Source: Arenimonas sp.
GTDB lineage: Bacteria; Pseudomonadota; Gammaproteobacteria; Xanthomonadales; Xanthomonadaceae
NCBI GenBank assembly: GCA_036676665.1
Contig: JAKFCL010000092.1
Location: 6,521 to 70,520 of the forward strand
Direction: 5' to 3'
Length of the DNA stretch: 64,000 bases
The notes below the pieces were generated by a model. That model worked only from the letters and a program-made list of their open reading frames with translations, did no database searches and was not told the origin of the DNA. The position numbers and the translations under genes were made by a program. Position 1 is the stretch's first letter, and every line of letters starts with the position of its first letter. Below are positions 11,166 to 28,267 of this stretch, piece after piece.

Positions 11166-13520
11166 TCAGTCGCGTGCCTTCAGCACGCCGATCAGGTCCA
11201 GGGTCGCGAGCCGCCGCCACACCAGCCACCCGGCCGGCAGCGCCGCCCCCAGCGTGGTCAGCGCGGCGATGCCGTACGTGGCCGGGTCGACATGGTGCGG
11301 CACGCGGAACAGGTCCGACTCGAAGCCCGACACCATCATCGCCACCAGCGCGTTGCCGAGCACGAAACCGAGCGGGATCGCCAGCGCGGTCAGCAGCGCC
11401 AGTTCGCCCAGCAGCAGGTAGCCGACCTCGTCGCGGGTGAACCCGAGCACGCGCAGGCTCGCGAGGTCGCGGGCGCGTTCAGACAGCGCCACCCTGGCGC
11501 TGGCGAACACCACCCCGGCCGTGATCACGACGCCGAAACCGGTCGCGATCACGGTGAATGTCAGGATCGTCTGCGCCATCGAGTCGTAGAAGTTGCGGAT
11601 GCCGACGGAACGCTGGCTGACGGCGGCGATCGCCGGCCGCCGACCGAGTGCGGCGACGACCGCCGGCAGGCGCGCGGGATCCACGGCCAGCATGGCGGCG
11701 GTCACGCGCGGGCCGTCGCCGAGCAGGCGGTCGAGCGTCTCGCCGGTGACATAGGCCTGCACGCCGAACGATTCCCGCACGAGCCCCACCAGCGGCAGCC
11801 GCAGCGTGCGCCGGCGGCCGTCCAACACCTCCAGCTCGATCAGGTCGCCCGGCGCCGCGTCGAGCATGCCGGCCAGGAAATCGGTGAGCAGCAGGCCGCG
11901 CGGCGGCGCATGCACCGGTTGTCCATCGGCATCCAGCGTGCGCTGCAGGCGCGCATCGCCGCCCAGCGCCACCAGTGCGGTTCGATGCGCGGCGTGGCCA
12001 TGCCGCACCCGCACGGCGACCGCGCGTTGCGGCTCGACGCGCAACACGCCGGGGATCGACGCCAGTTCCGCCAGCGCCCGGGGCGACTGCGGTTCGACGA
12101 ACGCCACCGTCAGGTCCTCGCGCTGGCTCTGCTCGAACTGCACTTCGACCATCCGTTCGATCGCGTCCGACTGGAAGCGGCCCATCATCATCACCGCCGT
12201 ACCCAGCGCCAGCCCGATCCAGGTCAGCAGACTGCGAAGCGGACGCCGAGCGATGCCGTTGGCGATCAGCCGGTGCGCCTGCCGCCAGTGCACCGGCAGC
12301 GCCAGCCGTACCCGGGCGCCGGACGACGGCGCCTCCGGACGCATCGCCTCGGCGGGCGGCAGCCGCGCCGCCTGCAGCACCGGCGCCAGCGCGCCGACCA
12401 GCGCGCTGCCGATGCATACGCCGATCCCGAGCCCGACCGCTTCCGGCGAGACCGTGATGTCGAGGAACGGGAACCGGTAGAAGTCGCGATAGAGCGCGGC
12501 GATCGCCCGCCCGAGCCAGGCGCCCAGCGCGATCCCGAGCAGCGCGCCGAGCAGCCCCACCACCAGCGCCAGCACGGCGAAATGGCGCAGGATTTCCGAG
12601 TTGCCGTAGCCGAACGCCTTCAGCGTGCCGATCTGTTCGCGCTGCACGGCCACCAGGCGCGCCAGCACGACATGCAGCACGAACGCCGAGACGCCGAGGA
12701 AGACGAACGGGAACAGCAGCGCCAGCGTCCGCAACTGCCGCAGTTCCTCCGACAGGTAGCGGAACGACTGCTGGTCGGCGCGGGCGATCGCGCCGGTGCC
12801 GCCGTACCGCGCCAGTTCGCTGTCGACCGCCGCCACGGCCGCCTCCACCCGCGTGCCCGGGTGCAGGGCGAGGGTGACGCTGTTGAATGCGTCGCGCAGA
12901 TCGGCCGCCGCCGCCAGTGCCGGCCGCGGCATCCAGACGATCGCGAACCGGCGCGCGTCGGGGAAAATCGCCTGGGGCGGCAGCTGCGCGACGAATTCCG
13001 GCGAGCCGCCGATGCCGACGATGCGGAAGCGGCCGCGGCGCCCGTGCAGCACCAGCGTCAGCGAGTCCCCCGGGCGCAGGCCGTGCGCCTCGGCGAAAAG
13101 GTCGCTGACCAGCAGCGTGTCGCGCTCGCCGGGTCGTGGCGCCCGGCCCGCGCGCACGTGCAGCCGGTTCAGGTCGCCCGCGCGATCGCCCGGCAGGCTC
13201 ACGGCCTGAACCTGCACCGGCTCGTGGAAGTGCGGCAGCTCCGCCCGCCCGAACGCCACCACCCGCGACTGCGCGGTGGCGACGCCGGGCAGTGCCCGCA
13301 GCCGGCGCACCACCTGTTCGGGCGCTCGGGTCAGGCTGGCGAACACGTCCGCGAAGGCGTACTCGCGGTAGTAGCGGTCGCGGCTCGCTTCCAGCGATTC
13401 CAGCGCGGCCCGCGACATCACCAGGTTGGCGACGCCGACCGCGGCCACCAGCGACACCGCCAGCACCTGGCCGCGGATGCGCCAGAGGTCTCGCCAGAGC
13501 TTGCGGCCCAGGGCGGTCAC
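11166..13520 (-). CDS. ABC transporter permease, double FtsX/MacB-like
   Basis: RKLWRDLW start. Two FtsX modules ([13 protein letters not shown] and [14 protein letters not shown]). GTGA overlap with the ATPase gene. Confidence 0.85.
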   Translation of the reverse strand: MTALGRKLWRDLWRIRGQVLAVSLVAAVGVANLVMSRAALESLEASRDRYYREYAFADVFASLTRAPEQVVRRLRALPGVATAQSRVVAFGRAELPHFHEPVQVQAVSLPGDRAGDLNRLHVRAGRAPRPGERDTLLVSDLFAEAHGLRPGDSLTLVLHGRRGRFRIVGIGGSPEFVAQLPPQAIFPDARRFAIVWMPRPALAAAADLRDAFNSVTLALHPGTRVEAAVAAVDSELARYGGTGAIARADQQSFRYLSEELRQLRTLALLFPFVFLGVSAFVLHVVLARLVAVQREQIGTLKAFGYGNSEILRHFAVLALVVGLLGALLGIALGAWLGRAIAALYRDFYRFPFLDITVSPEAVGLGIGVCIGSALVGALAPVLQAARLPPAEAMRPEAPSSGARVRLALPVHWRQAHRLIANGIARRPLRSLLTWIGLALGTAVMMMGRFQSDAIERMVEVQFEQSQREDLTVAFVEPQSPRALAELASIPGVLRVEPQRAVAVRVRHGHAAHRTALVALGGDARLQRTLDADGQPVHAPPRGLLLTDFLAGMLDAAPGDLIELEVLDGRRRTLRLPLVGLVRESFGVQAYVTGETLDRLLGDGPRVTAAMLAVDPARLPAVVAALGRRPAIAAVSQRSVGIRNFYDSMAQTILTFTVIATGFGVVITAGVVFASARVALSERARDLASLRVLGFTRDEVGYLLLGELALLTALAIPLGFVLGNALVAMMVSGFESDLFRVPHHVDPATYGIAALTTLGAALPAGWLVWRRLATLDLIGVLKARD

Positions 13521-14281
13521 CAGCTCAGGTCCAGCGCTCGCGTGCGGGTCGTGTTGCGGAACTCCCGGACGATGCGGCCGTCGCCCAGGTGCAGCACCCG
13601 GTGCGCGAGCCGGGCGATGTCGGCGTTGTGGGTGATCACCAGCGTCGTCGTGCCGGTGTCGCGATTGACCCGTTCGAGCGCATCGAGAACGCGCACGCCG
13701 GTGGCGGCGTCCAGCGCGCCGGTCGGTTCGTCGCACAGCAGCACGTCGGGGCGCTTGGCGATCGCGCGGGCGATCGCCACGCGCTGCTGTTCGCCGCCCG
13801 ACAGCTGCGAGGGGAAATGCTGCGCGCGCGCGGCCAGGCCGACGCGGTCGAGCGCTTCCATCGGCGGCATCGGATCGGCGCTGATGTCGGTCACGAGCGC
13901 GACGTTCTCGAGCGCGGTCAGGCTCGGAATCAGGTTGTAGAACTGGAAGACGAAGCCGACGTGTTCGCGGCGGTAGCGGGTCAGTGCCGCCTCGTCGGCA
14001 CCGTCGAGGCGGTGGTCGCGGTAGCTCACCTGGCCGGTGCTGGGCACGTCGAGCCCACCGAGGATGTTGAGCAGCGTCGACTTGCCGCTGCCCGACGGGC
14101 CGAGCAGGGTGACGAACTCGCCATCGGCGATGTCCAGGTCGACCCCACGCAACGCGTGCACCTCGATATCCCCCATCCGGTACGTCTTGCCGAGGCCACG
14201 GGCGCGGAACACCGTATCGCGGCGTTCCGTCGCGCCGGGGTCGGCATGCTGCGGGTCTGCTTCGGCCTCGCCAGGCACCAC
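13517..14281 (-). CDS. ABC transporter ATP-binding protein (MacB/LolD-like)
   Basis: [29 protein letters not shown] start after GGAGGA; exact start uncertain. Confidence 0.9.
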   Translation of the reverse strand: MVPGEAEADPQHADPGATERRDTVFRARGLGKTYRMGDIEVHALRGVDLDIADGEFVTLLGPSGSGKSTLLNILGGLDVPSTGQVSYRDHRLDGADEAALTRYRREHVGFVFQFYNLIPSLTALENVALVTDISADPMPPMEALDRVGLAARAQHFPSQLSGGEQQRVAIARAIAKRPDVLLCDEPTGALDAATGVRVLDALERVNRDTGTTTLVITHNADIARLAHRVLHLGDGRIVREFRNTTRTRALDLSW

Positions 14282-14339
14282 GCCGTGCACTCCTCCGAAC
14301 CGGATTGCACCGATTGAACCGCATCCCGGCGCCGCCGCG

Positions 14340-14353
14340 TTGACCCCGGTCAA
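14340..14353. promoter_or_regulatory. FNR/Anr/FixK-type binding site
   Basis: TTGAC-CCCG-GTCAA inverted repeat about 60 bp upstream of the ABC operon. A TTCAAT -10 on the minus strand (14318-14313) gives class II geometry. Confidence 0.6.
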
Positions 14354-14400
14354 GCCGGCGAGGATGGCGGCCGGGGGCGGGCAGGCCGTACCCTTGCCCG

Positions 14401-14907
14401 ATGGATACCGCGGCCGTGCCCGATGACGATTCCCTGCATGCGCTGGCCGAGCAGGTCGGCGCCCGCCTGCTGGCCCAGCACCTGATGCTGGCGACCGCCG
14501 AGAGCTGTACCGGCGGCTGGATCGCCAAGATGATCACCGACATTCCCGGCTGCTCGGCCTGGTTCGACTGCGGCATGGCCGCCTACAGTTACGAAGCCAA
14601 GCAGGCGCTGCTGGGCGTGCGCCCGGAGACGCTGACCGAACACGGCGCGGTGAGCCGGGAAACGGTGCTGGAGATGGTGTCGGGCGCGCTGGTCACCTCC
14701 GGCGCGTCGATCGCCGTCGCCGTGACCGGCATCGCCGGTCCGACCGGTGGCCTGCCCGGCAAGCCGGTGGGCACGGTCTGGATCGGCTGGAAGCGCCGAG
14801 GGGGTTATCCCGAAGCGCGGCTGTTCCACTTCGACGGTGATCGCGAGGCGGTGCGCCGGCAGACCGTGGAAGCGTCCCTGCGCGGCCTGGCGGCACTGGC
14901 CGGCTGA
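14401..14907 (+). CDS. CinA C-terminal domain protein (NMN deamidase PncC-like)
   Basis: AESCTGG, HGAVS, TGIAGP, KPVGTV. Upstream of lexA-recA. Confidence 0.9.
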   Translation: MDTAAVPDDDSLHALAEQVGARLLAQHLMLATAESCTGGWIAKMITDIPGCSAWFDCGMAAYSYEAKQALLGVRPETLTEHGAVSRETVLEMVSGALVTSGASIAVAVTGIAGPTGGLPGKPVGTVWIGWKRRGGYPEARLFHFDGDREAVRRQTVEASLRGLAALAG

Positions 14908-14923
14908 TCGCCCGACGCGGCGC

Positions 14924-14963
14924 TTGACAGCCCCGGGGGTGTCGTTAGTAGTATTACTACTAA
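14924..14963 (+). promoter_or_regulatory. lexA promoter with Xanthomonadales-type LexA box
   Basis: TTGACA at 14924-14929. Perfect palindrome TTAGTAGTA-T-TACTACTAA (14945-14963) covers the -10 and the A of the ATG. Confidence 0.85.
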
Positions 14964-15592
14964 TGGACATCACCGACACCCAGCAAGCCATCCTCGCGAT
15001 GATCAGCGAGCGCATCGACCGCGAGGGCGTGCCGCCGTCCCAGGTCGAGATCGCCCACGCCTTCGGCTTCAAGGGCGTGCGCGCGGCCCAATATCACCTC
15101 GAGGCCCTCGAGCAGGCGGGCGCCATCCGGCGCGTGCCGGGCCAGGCCCGGGGCATCCGACTGGTGCAGTCCCCGGCCGCCGACCTCGTCCCGGCGGCCG
15201 GGGACGAGCCCCTGCGCCTGCCCGTGCTCGGGCAGGTCGCGGCCGGGCTGCCGATCGGCGCCGACGCCGGCCTGCACGACATGGTCTTGCTCGACCGCGT
15301 CTTCTTCTCGCCGTCGCCCGACTACCTGCTCCGGGTGAAGGGCGATTCGATGCGCGACGAAGGCATTCTTTCCGGCGATCTGATCGGCGTGCACCGCACC
15401 AGCGATGCGCGCAGCGGCCAGATCGTCGTCGCTCGCATCGATGAGGAAATCACCGTGAAGCTGCTCAAGATCGGCAAGGACGGCATCCGTCTTCTGCCAC
15501 GCAATCCCGATTACGCGCCGATCGTCGTCCGCCCCGACCAGGACTTCGCCATCGAGGGCCTGTACTGCGGCCTCGTGAGGCCGAACCGATGA
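14963..15592 (+). CDS. lexA: SOS repressor LexA
   Basis: N-terminal wHTH, VAAG cleavage site, GDSM catalytic Ser, TVK catalytic Lys. Confidence 0.95.
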   Translation: MDITDTQQAILAMISERIDREGVPPSQVEIAHAFGFKGVRAAQYHLEALEQAGAIRRVPGQARGIRLVQSPAADLVPAAGDEPLRLPVLGQVAAGLPIGADAGLHDMVLLDRVFFSPSPDYLLRVKGDSMRDEGILSGDLIGVHRTSDARSGQIVVARIDEEITVKLLKIGKDGIRLLPRNPDYAPIVVRPDQDFAIEGLYCGLVRPNR

Positions 15593-15774
15593 GCTTCGGA
15601 CGGAAGAAGTCGCCGCCGAAGAAGTCGCTTTCCCTACAGCGTACCGAAGCCGAATCGGCTGCCGCCGAAGTGCCGAAAGGGCCAGATTCAGGTCCGCCGG
15701 AACGTTCTCAGCCCGTGAGACCTGCCCCGGCTAACCTGGCACCAATCGTAAACAGACCCTCGAGGAGCATCACG

Positions 15775-16806
<1,032 letters not shown>

Positions 16807-16822
16807 GGTCGACGGCGTCCCG

Positions 16823-17317
16823 ATGCCCACCGAGCAGGACGAGGACCTGCGGCGCAAGCAGGTCGCCGAGGCCTACCGGAAGGGCCTCGGCCTCCTGGTC
16901 CGGCGGGAACAGTCGCGCCGCGACCTCAAGCGAAAGCTGGCGGTCCGGGGCGTGGAGGCCGATGACGCCGAGGTGGCCGTGGAGCGCCTCGCCGGGCAGG
17001 GTTACCAGGACGACGACCGATTCGGCGCTTCGTTTGCCCGGGACCGGGCCGCCGCCGGCTATGGGCCGGTCCGGATCCGTCAGGAACTGGCCGGCCACGG
17101 TCTGGACAGCGAACAGTGCGAGGCGGCGCTGACCGCCTGCGAGGCCGACTGGGCGGAGCGGGCGGCCGGCCTGGTCGCCCGGCGCTTTTCGCCGACGGAA
17201 CTCGCCGATCCGGCGCGGCGCCGCAAGGCGTTGGACTTCCTGCTGCGGCGCGGGTTCGAGCCTGGCCACGCCCACGCCGCGATCCATGCCCGCAGGCACG
17301 GCAATCCGGCCGGTTGA
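16823..17317 (+). CDS. recX: Regulatory protein RecX
   Basis: Follows recA. RREQSRRDL, GYQDDDRF, GYGPVRIRQEL, LLRRGF. Confidence 0.9.
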   Translation: MPTEQDEDLRRKQVAEAYRKGLGLLVRREQSRRDLKRKLAVRGVEADDAEVAVERLAGQGYQDDDRFGASFARDRAAAGYGPVRIRQELAGHGLDSEQCEAALTACEADWAERAAGLVARRFSPTELADPARRRKALDFLLRRGFEPGHAHAAIHARRHGNPAG

Positions 17318-17447
17318 GCGGGCCCGGCGGCACGCGGGCTGGTAATCTTGGGGTCTCGCCGAGTCGTCGCGAAACCCCGGTCCCGCCACGTCGCGGGAAG
17401 TCCGCGGGCGTCGCGTCGTCGGCTCCCTGGACCCGACCACCGCCTCC

Positions 17448-20111
<2,664 letters not shown>

Positions 20112-20238
20112 GCCGCAGCATTCGTTTGCGCGCCGGTCAGGCGCGTTCTACCATCGGGCCAGGCCGTCCCCCGACGGCCGGGAACCGCGTCGCCGCTTCG
20201 GTGCGCGGGCCGGTGCAAGGACGTATCCGGAGGGAGCC

Positions 20239-20448
20239 ATGCTGATTCTGACGCGAAGGGTGGGAGAGACCCTGATGATCGGTGACTCGGTCACCGTGAC
20301 CGTGCTCGGCGTCAAGGGCAACCAGGTCCGCATCGGCATCACCGCGCCGAAGGATGTCGCGGTGCATCGCGAAGAGATCTTCCAGCGCATCCAGAAGGAC
20401 GAGGTCGCCACGGCCGACGCGCCGCCGGGTTTACCGAAGGTCGACTGA
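20239..20448 (+). CDS. csrA: Carbon storage regulator CsrA/RsmA
   Basis: [16 protein letters not shown]...VHREEI. Confidence 0.97.
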   Translation: MLILTRRVGETLMIGDSVTVTVLGVKGNQVRIGITAPKDVAVHREEIFQRIQKDEVATADAPPGLPKVD

Positions 20449-20503
20449 CCCGTTATCCTATGCGACCGGTTTCGCCTGCGAGGGCGGTGCCGGGACAGTT
20501 TCC

Positions 20504-20596
20504 GGAGTGATGCCCGAGAGGCCGAAGGGGCTCCCCTGCTAAGGGAGTATGGGGTCAAAAGCTCCATCGAGGGTTCGAATCCCTCTCACTCCGCCA
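20504..20596 (+). tRNA. tRNA-Ser(GCT)
   Basis: Cloverleaf with long variable arm, anticodon loop CTGCTAA, GGTTCGAATC, CCA end. Confidence 0.95.
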
Positions 20597-20602
20597 GTCG
20601 TG

Positions 20603-20631
20603 GAAAACGCCGCCGAAAGGCGGCGATTTTC
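20603..20631 (+). terminator. Intrinsic terminator
   Basis: CGCCGCC-GAAA-GGCGGCG followed by ATTTT. Confidence 0.6.
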
Positions 20632-20686
20632 TGCAACCACCGACGCTTCGCGCGGACGTGGCCAGAGATGGATGCAACACCGGTTG

Positions 20687-20715
20687 TTGACGGTTCCGCC
20701 GTCGTCCTACATAAT
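20687..20715 (+). promoter_or_regulatory. Sigma-70 promoter of tRNA-Arg
   Basis: TTGACG-N17-CATAAT. Confidence 0.65.
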
Positions 20716-20726
20716 TTCGCTTCTGC

Positions 20727-20803
20727 GCGCCCGTAGCTCAGCTGGATAGAGCACCAGGCTACGAACTTGGTGGTCGGGAGTTCGAATCTCTCCGGGCGCG
20801 CCA
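20727..20803 (+). tRNA. tRNA-Arg(ACG)
   Basis: Anticodon loop CTACGAA, T-loop GTTCGAATC, CCA end. Confidence 0.95.
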
Positions 20804-20814
20804 CTAATGCAGAC

Positions 20815-20839
20815 AGGGTGCTTCGGCACCCTTTTTGTT
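20815..20839 (+). terminator. Intrinsic terminator
   Basis: AGGGTGC-TTCG-GCACCCT followed by a T tract. Confidence 0.7.
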
Positions 20840-20931
20840 CGGAGGTACCGGGCCGTCGGCGTCGCCGCCGGTCCGGGACCACCGGAAAATCAACCCAGCG
20901 GCGAGCCGGGAAGGGCGCCGGGCTTCATCGC

Positions 20932-21008
20932 CGGGGTATAGCTCAGCCTGGTAGAGCGCCAGCTTTGGGAGCTGGATGTCGTGGGTTCGAATCCCTCTGC
21001 CCCGACCA
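20932..21008 (+). tRNA. tRNA-Pro(TGG)
   Basis: Stem CCAGC/GCTGG around loop TTTGGGA, CCA end. Confidence 0.93.
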
Positions 21009-21082
21009 GGACGTGCGAAACCCCTGATTTCAGCGACCGCCGCATGGAAGCGAACGGGTCCCGGCCGGTATCATCCCGGCAG

Positions 21083-21159
21083 GCGCCCGTAGCTCAATCG
21101 GATAGAGCACCGGCCTTCTAAGCCGGCGGTTGCAGGTTCGATTCCTGCCGGGCGCGCCA
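21083..21159 (+). tRNA. tRNA-Arg(TCT)
   Basis: Anticodon loop CTTCTAA, CCA end. Confidence 0.93.
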
Positions 21160-21186
21160 GGCAGGGTGTACTTTAGGCGTCACAGC

Positions 21187-21264
21187 GGTGGATGTAGCTC
21201 AGTCGGTTAGAGCATCGGATTGTGATTCCGAGGGTCGCGGGTTCGAATCCCGTCTTCCACCCCA
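21187..21264 (+). tRNA. tRNA-His(GTG)
   Basis: G-1, loop TTGTGAT, CCCA end. Confidence 0.93.
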
Positions 21265-21317
21265 GTTCCAGGATGCGGCATAATGTCGCGTCGCAGCCGC
21301 TTCGGCGGGAAGATTAC

Positions 21318-21393
21318 GGGCCGTTAGCTCAGTTGGTAGAGCAGTTGACTCTTAATCAATAGGTCGAAGGTTCGAATCCTTCACGGCCCACCA
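21318..21393 (+). tRNA. tRNA-Lys(CTT)
   Basis: Loop CTCTTAA, CCA end. Confidence 0.93.
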
Positions 21394-21426
21394 TCTTCCC
21401 GGTATGAATCGATCCCGCGCGGCGTT

Positions 21427-21511
21427 GCGAAAGTGGCGGAACTGGTAGACGCGCTGGATTTAGGTTCCAGTGGGGCAACCCGTGAGAGTTCGAGTCTCTC
21501 CTTTCGCACCA
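21427..21511 (+). tRNA. tRNA-Leu(TAG)
   Basis: Loop TTTAGGT, long variable arm, CCA end. Confidence 0.93.
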
Positions 21512-21598
21512 TCCGGCAACGGAGGCGCGGGGACGAGCCGAAGCTCCGCGGGTTTTTTCATTTTCGCGCCCTGGCCGGGCGCGGTCGCAGGAGTTGAC

Positions 21599-22900
21599 AT
21601 GCAAGTCTCGCTCGAGAACACCGCAAATCTGGAACGCCGCCTCACCGTCAGCCTGCCGGCCGAACGCCTTGATGGCGTGGTCGGCGAGCGCCTGCGCGAA
21701 ATGGCGCGCACCGCCAACATCAAGGGTTTCCGCCGCGGCAAGGTGCCCACCAAGGTCATCGAGCAGCGCTTCGGCCCGCAGATCCGCAACGAGGCCTACG
21801 GCGAGCTGATCCGCAACAGCTTCGGCGAGGCCGTGCGCCAGCAGAACCTGCAGATCGCCGGCAACCCGGACATCAAGGCCGAGCCGGCCGGCGACGGCGG
21901 CGAGATCCGCTACACCGCCACTTTCGAGGTCGTCCCCGACTTCGGCAAGATCGACCCCGCGCAGTTGAAGATCACCCGCGCGACCGCCTCGATCGCCGAG
22001 GAGGACATCGACACGATGATCGAGACGCTGCGCCAGCAGCGCCGCACCTGGGAGCCGGTGGTCCGCGCGGCGCAGCCGGGCGACCTCGTCAACCTGGACA
22101 TGTTCGCCGTGACCGCCGACGGCCGCGTGCCGGCCGAGGGCGCCGACCGCGGCGCGACGGTGCTCGGCTCGGGCGTCATGTTCCCGGAACTGGAGTCGGC
22201 CCTGGCCGGCATGAAGGCCGGCGACGAGCGCGAAGTCGAGGTCACGTTCCCCGCCGGCTGGCGCATCGCCGAGCTTTCCGGCAAGCCGGCCAAGGTCACG
22301 CTGGCCGTCAGCAAGGTGTCGGCGCCGAACCTGCCGGAGGTCGACGAGGCCTTCGTGAAGAGCTTCGGCATCAAGGGCGGCAAGCTCGAGCAGTTCCGCA
22401 AGGAAGTTCGGGCCAACCTCGAGCGCGAGCTGAAGGGCAACCTGATGCAGCGCCTGCGCGCCGAAGTCGCCGAAAAGCTGGTCGCCAGCCATGCGTCGGT
22501 GGAACTGCCGCCACGCCTGATCGAGGCCGAGGCGCGGCAGATGGCCGCCACCGCCGAGCAGCAGGCCCGTCAGCAGGGCCAGGCCGGTGCCAAGTTCGCC
22601 CCGGAAACCTTCATGGCCGCGGCCCGCAACCGCGTCGCCGCCGGCCTGCTGGTCGGCGAGGTGGCGCGCCAGAACGACCTGAAGCTCGACACCAAGCGGC
22701 TGAACGAGACGCTGCAGCTGATCGCCTCGACCTACGAGGACCCGGCGCAGGTCATTGAACTCTATCGCAACGACCCCAACCTGATGTCCAGCCTCCGGAA
22801 CCGCGTGATGGAAGAGCAGGTGATCGACTGGATCGCCGAACGCGCCGACGCGACCGAGAAGGCTCTGAGCTTTTCCGAACTGATGCGCCCGGCCGCGTGA
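21599..22900 (+). CDS. tig: Trigger factor
   Basis: [14 protein letters not shown] signature. Upstream of clpP. Confidence 0.95.
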   Translation: MQVSLENTANLERRLTVSLPAERLDGVVGERLREMARTANIKGFRRGKVPTKVIEQRFGPQIRNEAYGELIRNSFGEAVRQQNLQIAGNPDIKAEPAGDGGEIRYTATFEVVPDFGKIDPAQLKITRATASIAEEDIDTMIETLRQQRRTWEPVVRAAQPGDLVNLDMFAVTADGRVPAEGADRGATVLGSGVMFPELESALAGMKAGDEREVEVTFPAGWRIAELSGKPAKVTLAVSKVSAPNLPEVDEAFVKSFGIKGGKLEQFRKEVRANLERELKGNLMQRLRAEVAEKLVASHASVELPPRLIEAEARQMAATAEQQARQQGQAGAKFAPETFMAAARNRVAAGLLVGEVARQNDLKLDTKRLNETLQLIASTYEDPAQVIELYRNDPNLMSSLRNRVMEEQVIDWIAERADATEKALSFSELMRPAA

Positions 22901-22926
22901 CGCGGCCGCTACGGAGGAACGCCGGC

Positions 22927-23550
22927 ATGGAACCGATCAAGGGCTTGAACCTGGTGCCGATGGTGGTCGAACAGACCAGCCGCGGCGAGCGGGCGTACGA
23001 CATCTACTCGCGCCTGCTCAAGGAGCGCGTGATCTTCCTGGTCGGTCCGATCGACGACTACATGGCGAACGTGATCGTCGCGCAGCTGCTGTTCCTCGAG
23101 GCGGAAAACCCCGAGAAGGACATCAGCCTGTACATCAATTCCCCGGGCGGCATCGTCACCTCGGGCATGGCGATCTACGACACGATGCAGTTCATCCGCC
23201 CCGACGTGAGCACGATCTGCGTGGGCCAGGCGGCCAGCATGGGTTCGCTGCTGCTGGCGGCCGGCGCGAAGAACAAGCGTTACGTGCTGCCGAGCTCGCG
23301 GGTGATGATCCACCAGCCGCTGGGCGGCTACCAGGGCCAGGCCAGCGACATCGAGATCCACACGCGCGAGATCCTGACGATGCGCGACAGGCTGAACACC
23401 ATCCTGTCCAACCACACCGGCCAGCCGGTGGAGCGCATCGCCAAGGACACCGACCGCGACAACTTCATGGATGCCGAGGCCGCGAAGGCCTACGGACTGG
23501 TCGATGCCGTCCTGGACCGCCGTCCGGACGAATCGATCCAGGCTTCCTGA
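22927..23550 (+). CDS. clpP: ATP-dependent Clp protease proteolytic subunit
   Basis: [26 protein letters not shown]. Confidence 0.97.
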   Translation: MEPIKGLNLVPMVVEQTSRGERAYDIYSRLLKERVIFLVGPIDDYMANVIVAQLLFLEAENPEKDISLYINSPGGIVTSGMAIYDTMQFIRPDVSTICVGQAASMGSLLLAAGAKNKRYVLPSSRVMIHQPLGGYQGQASDIEIHTREILTMRDRLNTILSNHTGQPVERIAKDTDRDNFMDAEAAKAYGLVDAVLDRRPDESIQAS

Positions 23551-23664
23551 TCCCGTTTCCGCGGACGCCGTCACACCCCGGCCGGGCCCGCCCCGGGCGG
23601 GGTCTGGCGCCTGCCGGCCTGTGATATTCTCGATTCCGACCCATTCCATCAGGGCACCGTAAGC

Positions 23665-24951
<1,287 letters not shown>

Positions 24952-24972
24952 TCCGTCACACGCAAGTCGTTG

Positions 24973-25006
24973 AAAGAACGGGCCGGTCTTACCGGCCCTT
25001 TTCTTT
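24973..25006 (+). terminator. Intrinsic terminator after clpX
   Basis: GGGCCGGT-CTT-ACCGGCCC flanked by A and T tracts. Confidence 0.75.
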
Positions 25007-25019
25007 GCCGCGAAATCCG

Positions 25020-25046
25020 CTTGCAAGCGCCGGCCCGGAACCCCAT
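25020..25046 (+). promoter_or_regulatory. Sigma-32 promoter of lon
   Basis: CTTGCAA-N14-CCCCAT upstream of a heat-shock protease. Confidence 0.65.
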
Positions 25047-25088
25047 AACCTGAAGCCAGAGGGGCCCCACGCCCCGGATGGAGTCCCC

Positions 25089-27521
<2,433 letters not shown>

Positions 27522-27572
27522 TCGCGTGCATGCCGATAGGGCTGGAAGCCGCGATTTATCAGGCTCTCCGGC

Positions 27573-27601
27573 TTGCACGGGTCAGGGGGCGCTGGTATAA
27601 A
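27573..27601 (+). promoter_or_regulatory. Sigma-70 promoter of hup
   Basis: TTGCAC-N17-TATAAA. Confidence 0.6.
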
Positions 27602-27728
27602 TCTCCCACCCGCCGCGCCGGCTACGTCTCGTGCGCGGTGGTACAGGTGGATCGGATTCAAGGCCCAGGCGACGCCGGGCCGATCCGGTTTCAAAACACG
27701 CGGGTCCAGCCCGCCCAGGGAGTCCATA

Positions 27729-28001
27729 ATGAACAAAGCCGAATTTACGAGTGCCGTCGCCGACGACGCCGAGATGTCGAAAGCCGACGCCGGCCGCGCG
27801 GTCGATGCAATGATCGAAGTGGTCAAGAAGGCGCTGAAGAAGGGCGACACGATCACGCTGGTGGGCTTCGGTACCTTCTCGGTGCGCAAGCGCGCCGCCC
27901 GCCAGGGTCGCAATCCGCAGACCGGCGACACGATCAAGATCAAGGCCTCGAAAAATCCGGCGTTCAAGGCTGGCAAAGCCCTCAAGGATGCAGTAAACTG
28001 A
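27729..28001 (+). CDS. hupB: DNA-binding protein HU
   Basis: [30 protein letters not shown]. Follows lon. Confidence 0.93.
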   Translation: MNKAEFTSAVADDAEMSKADAGRAVDAMIEVVKKALKKGDTITLVGFGTFSVRKRAARQGRNPQTGDTIKIKASKNPAFKAGKALKDAVN

Positions 28002-28017
28002 CGGTCTTCCTTGTGGA

Positions 28018-28092
28018 GGGTGCTTAGCTCAGCGGTAGAGCGTCGCCCTTACAAGGCGAGGGTCGGGGGTTCGAAACCCTCAGCACCCACCA
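28018..28092 (+). tRNA. tRNA-Val(TAC)
   Basis: Loop CTTACAA, CCA end. Confidence 0.93.
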
Positions 28093-28107
28093 AGTAAGAG
28101 ATGCAGC

Positions 28108-28184
28108 GGAGTGGTAGTTCAGTCGGTTAGAATGCTGGCCTGTCACGCCGGAGGTCGCGGGTTCGAGTCCCGTCCACTCCGCCA
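28108..28184 (+). tRNA. tRNA-Asp(GTC)
   Basis: Loop CTGTCAC, CCA end. Confidence 0.93.
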
Positions 28185-28190
28185 TGTCCC

Positions 28191-28223
28191 CGAGGGCGCC
28201 CCGCAAGGGCGCCCTCGTTTTTT
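28191..28223 (+). terminator. Intrinsic terminator after tRNA-Asp
   Basis: CGAGGGCGCCC hairpin followed by a T tract. Confidence 0.75.
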
Positions 28224-28267
28224 CCGGCACCGATGTCCGGTGCCACGCACCGTACGGCGACGCCCAC

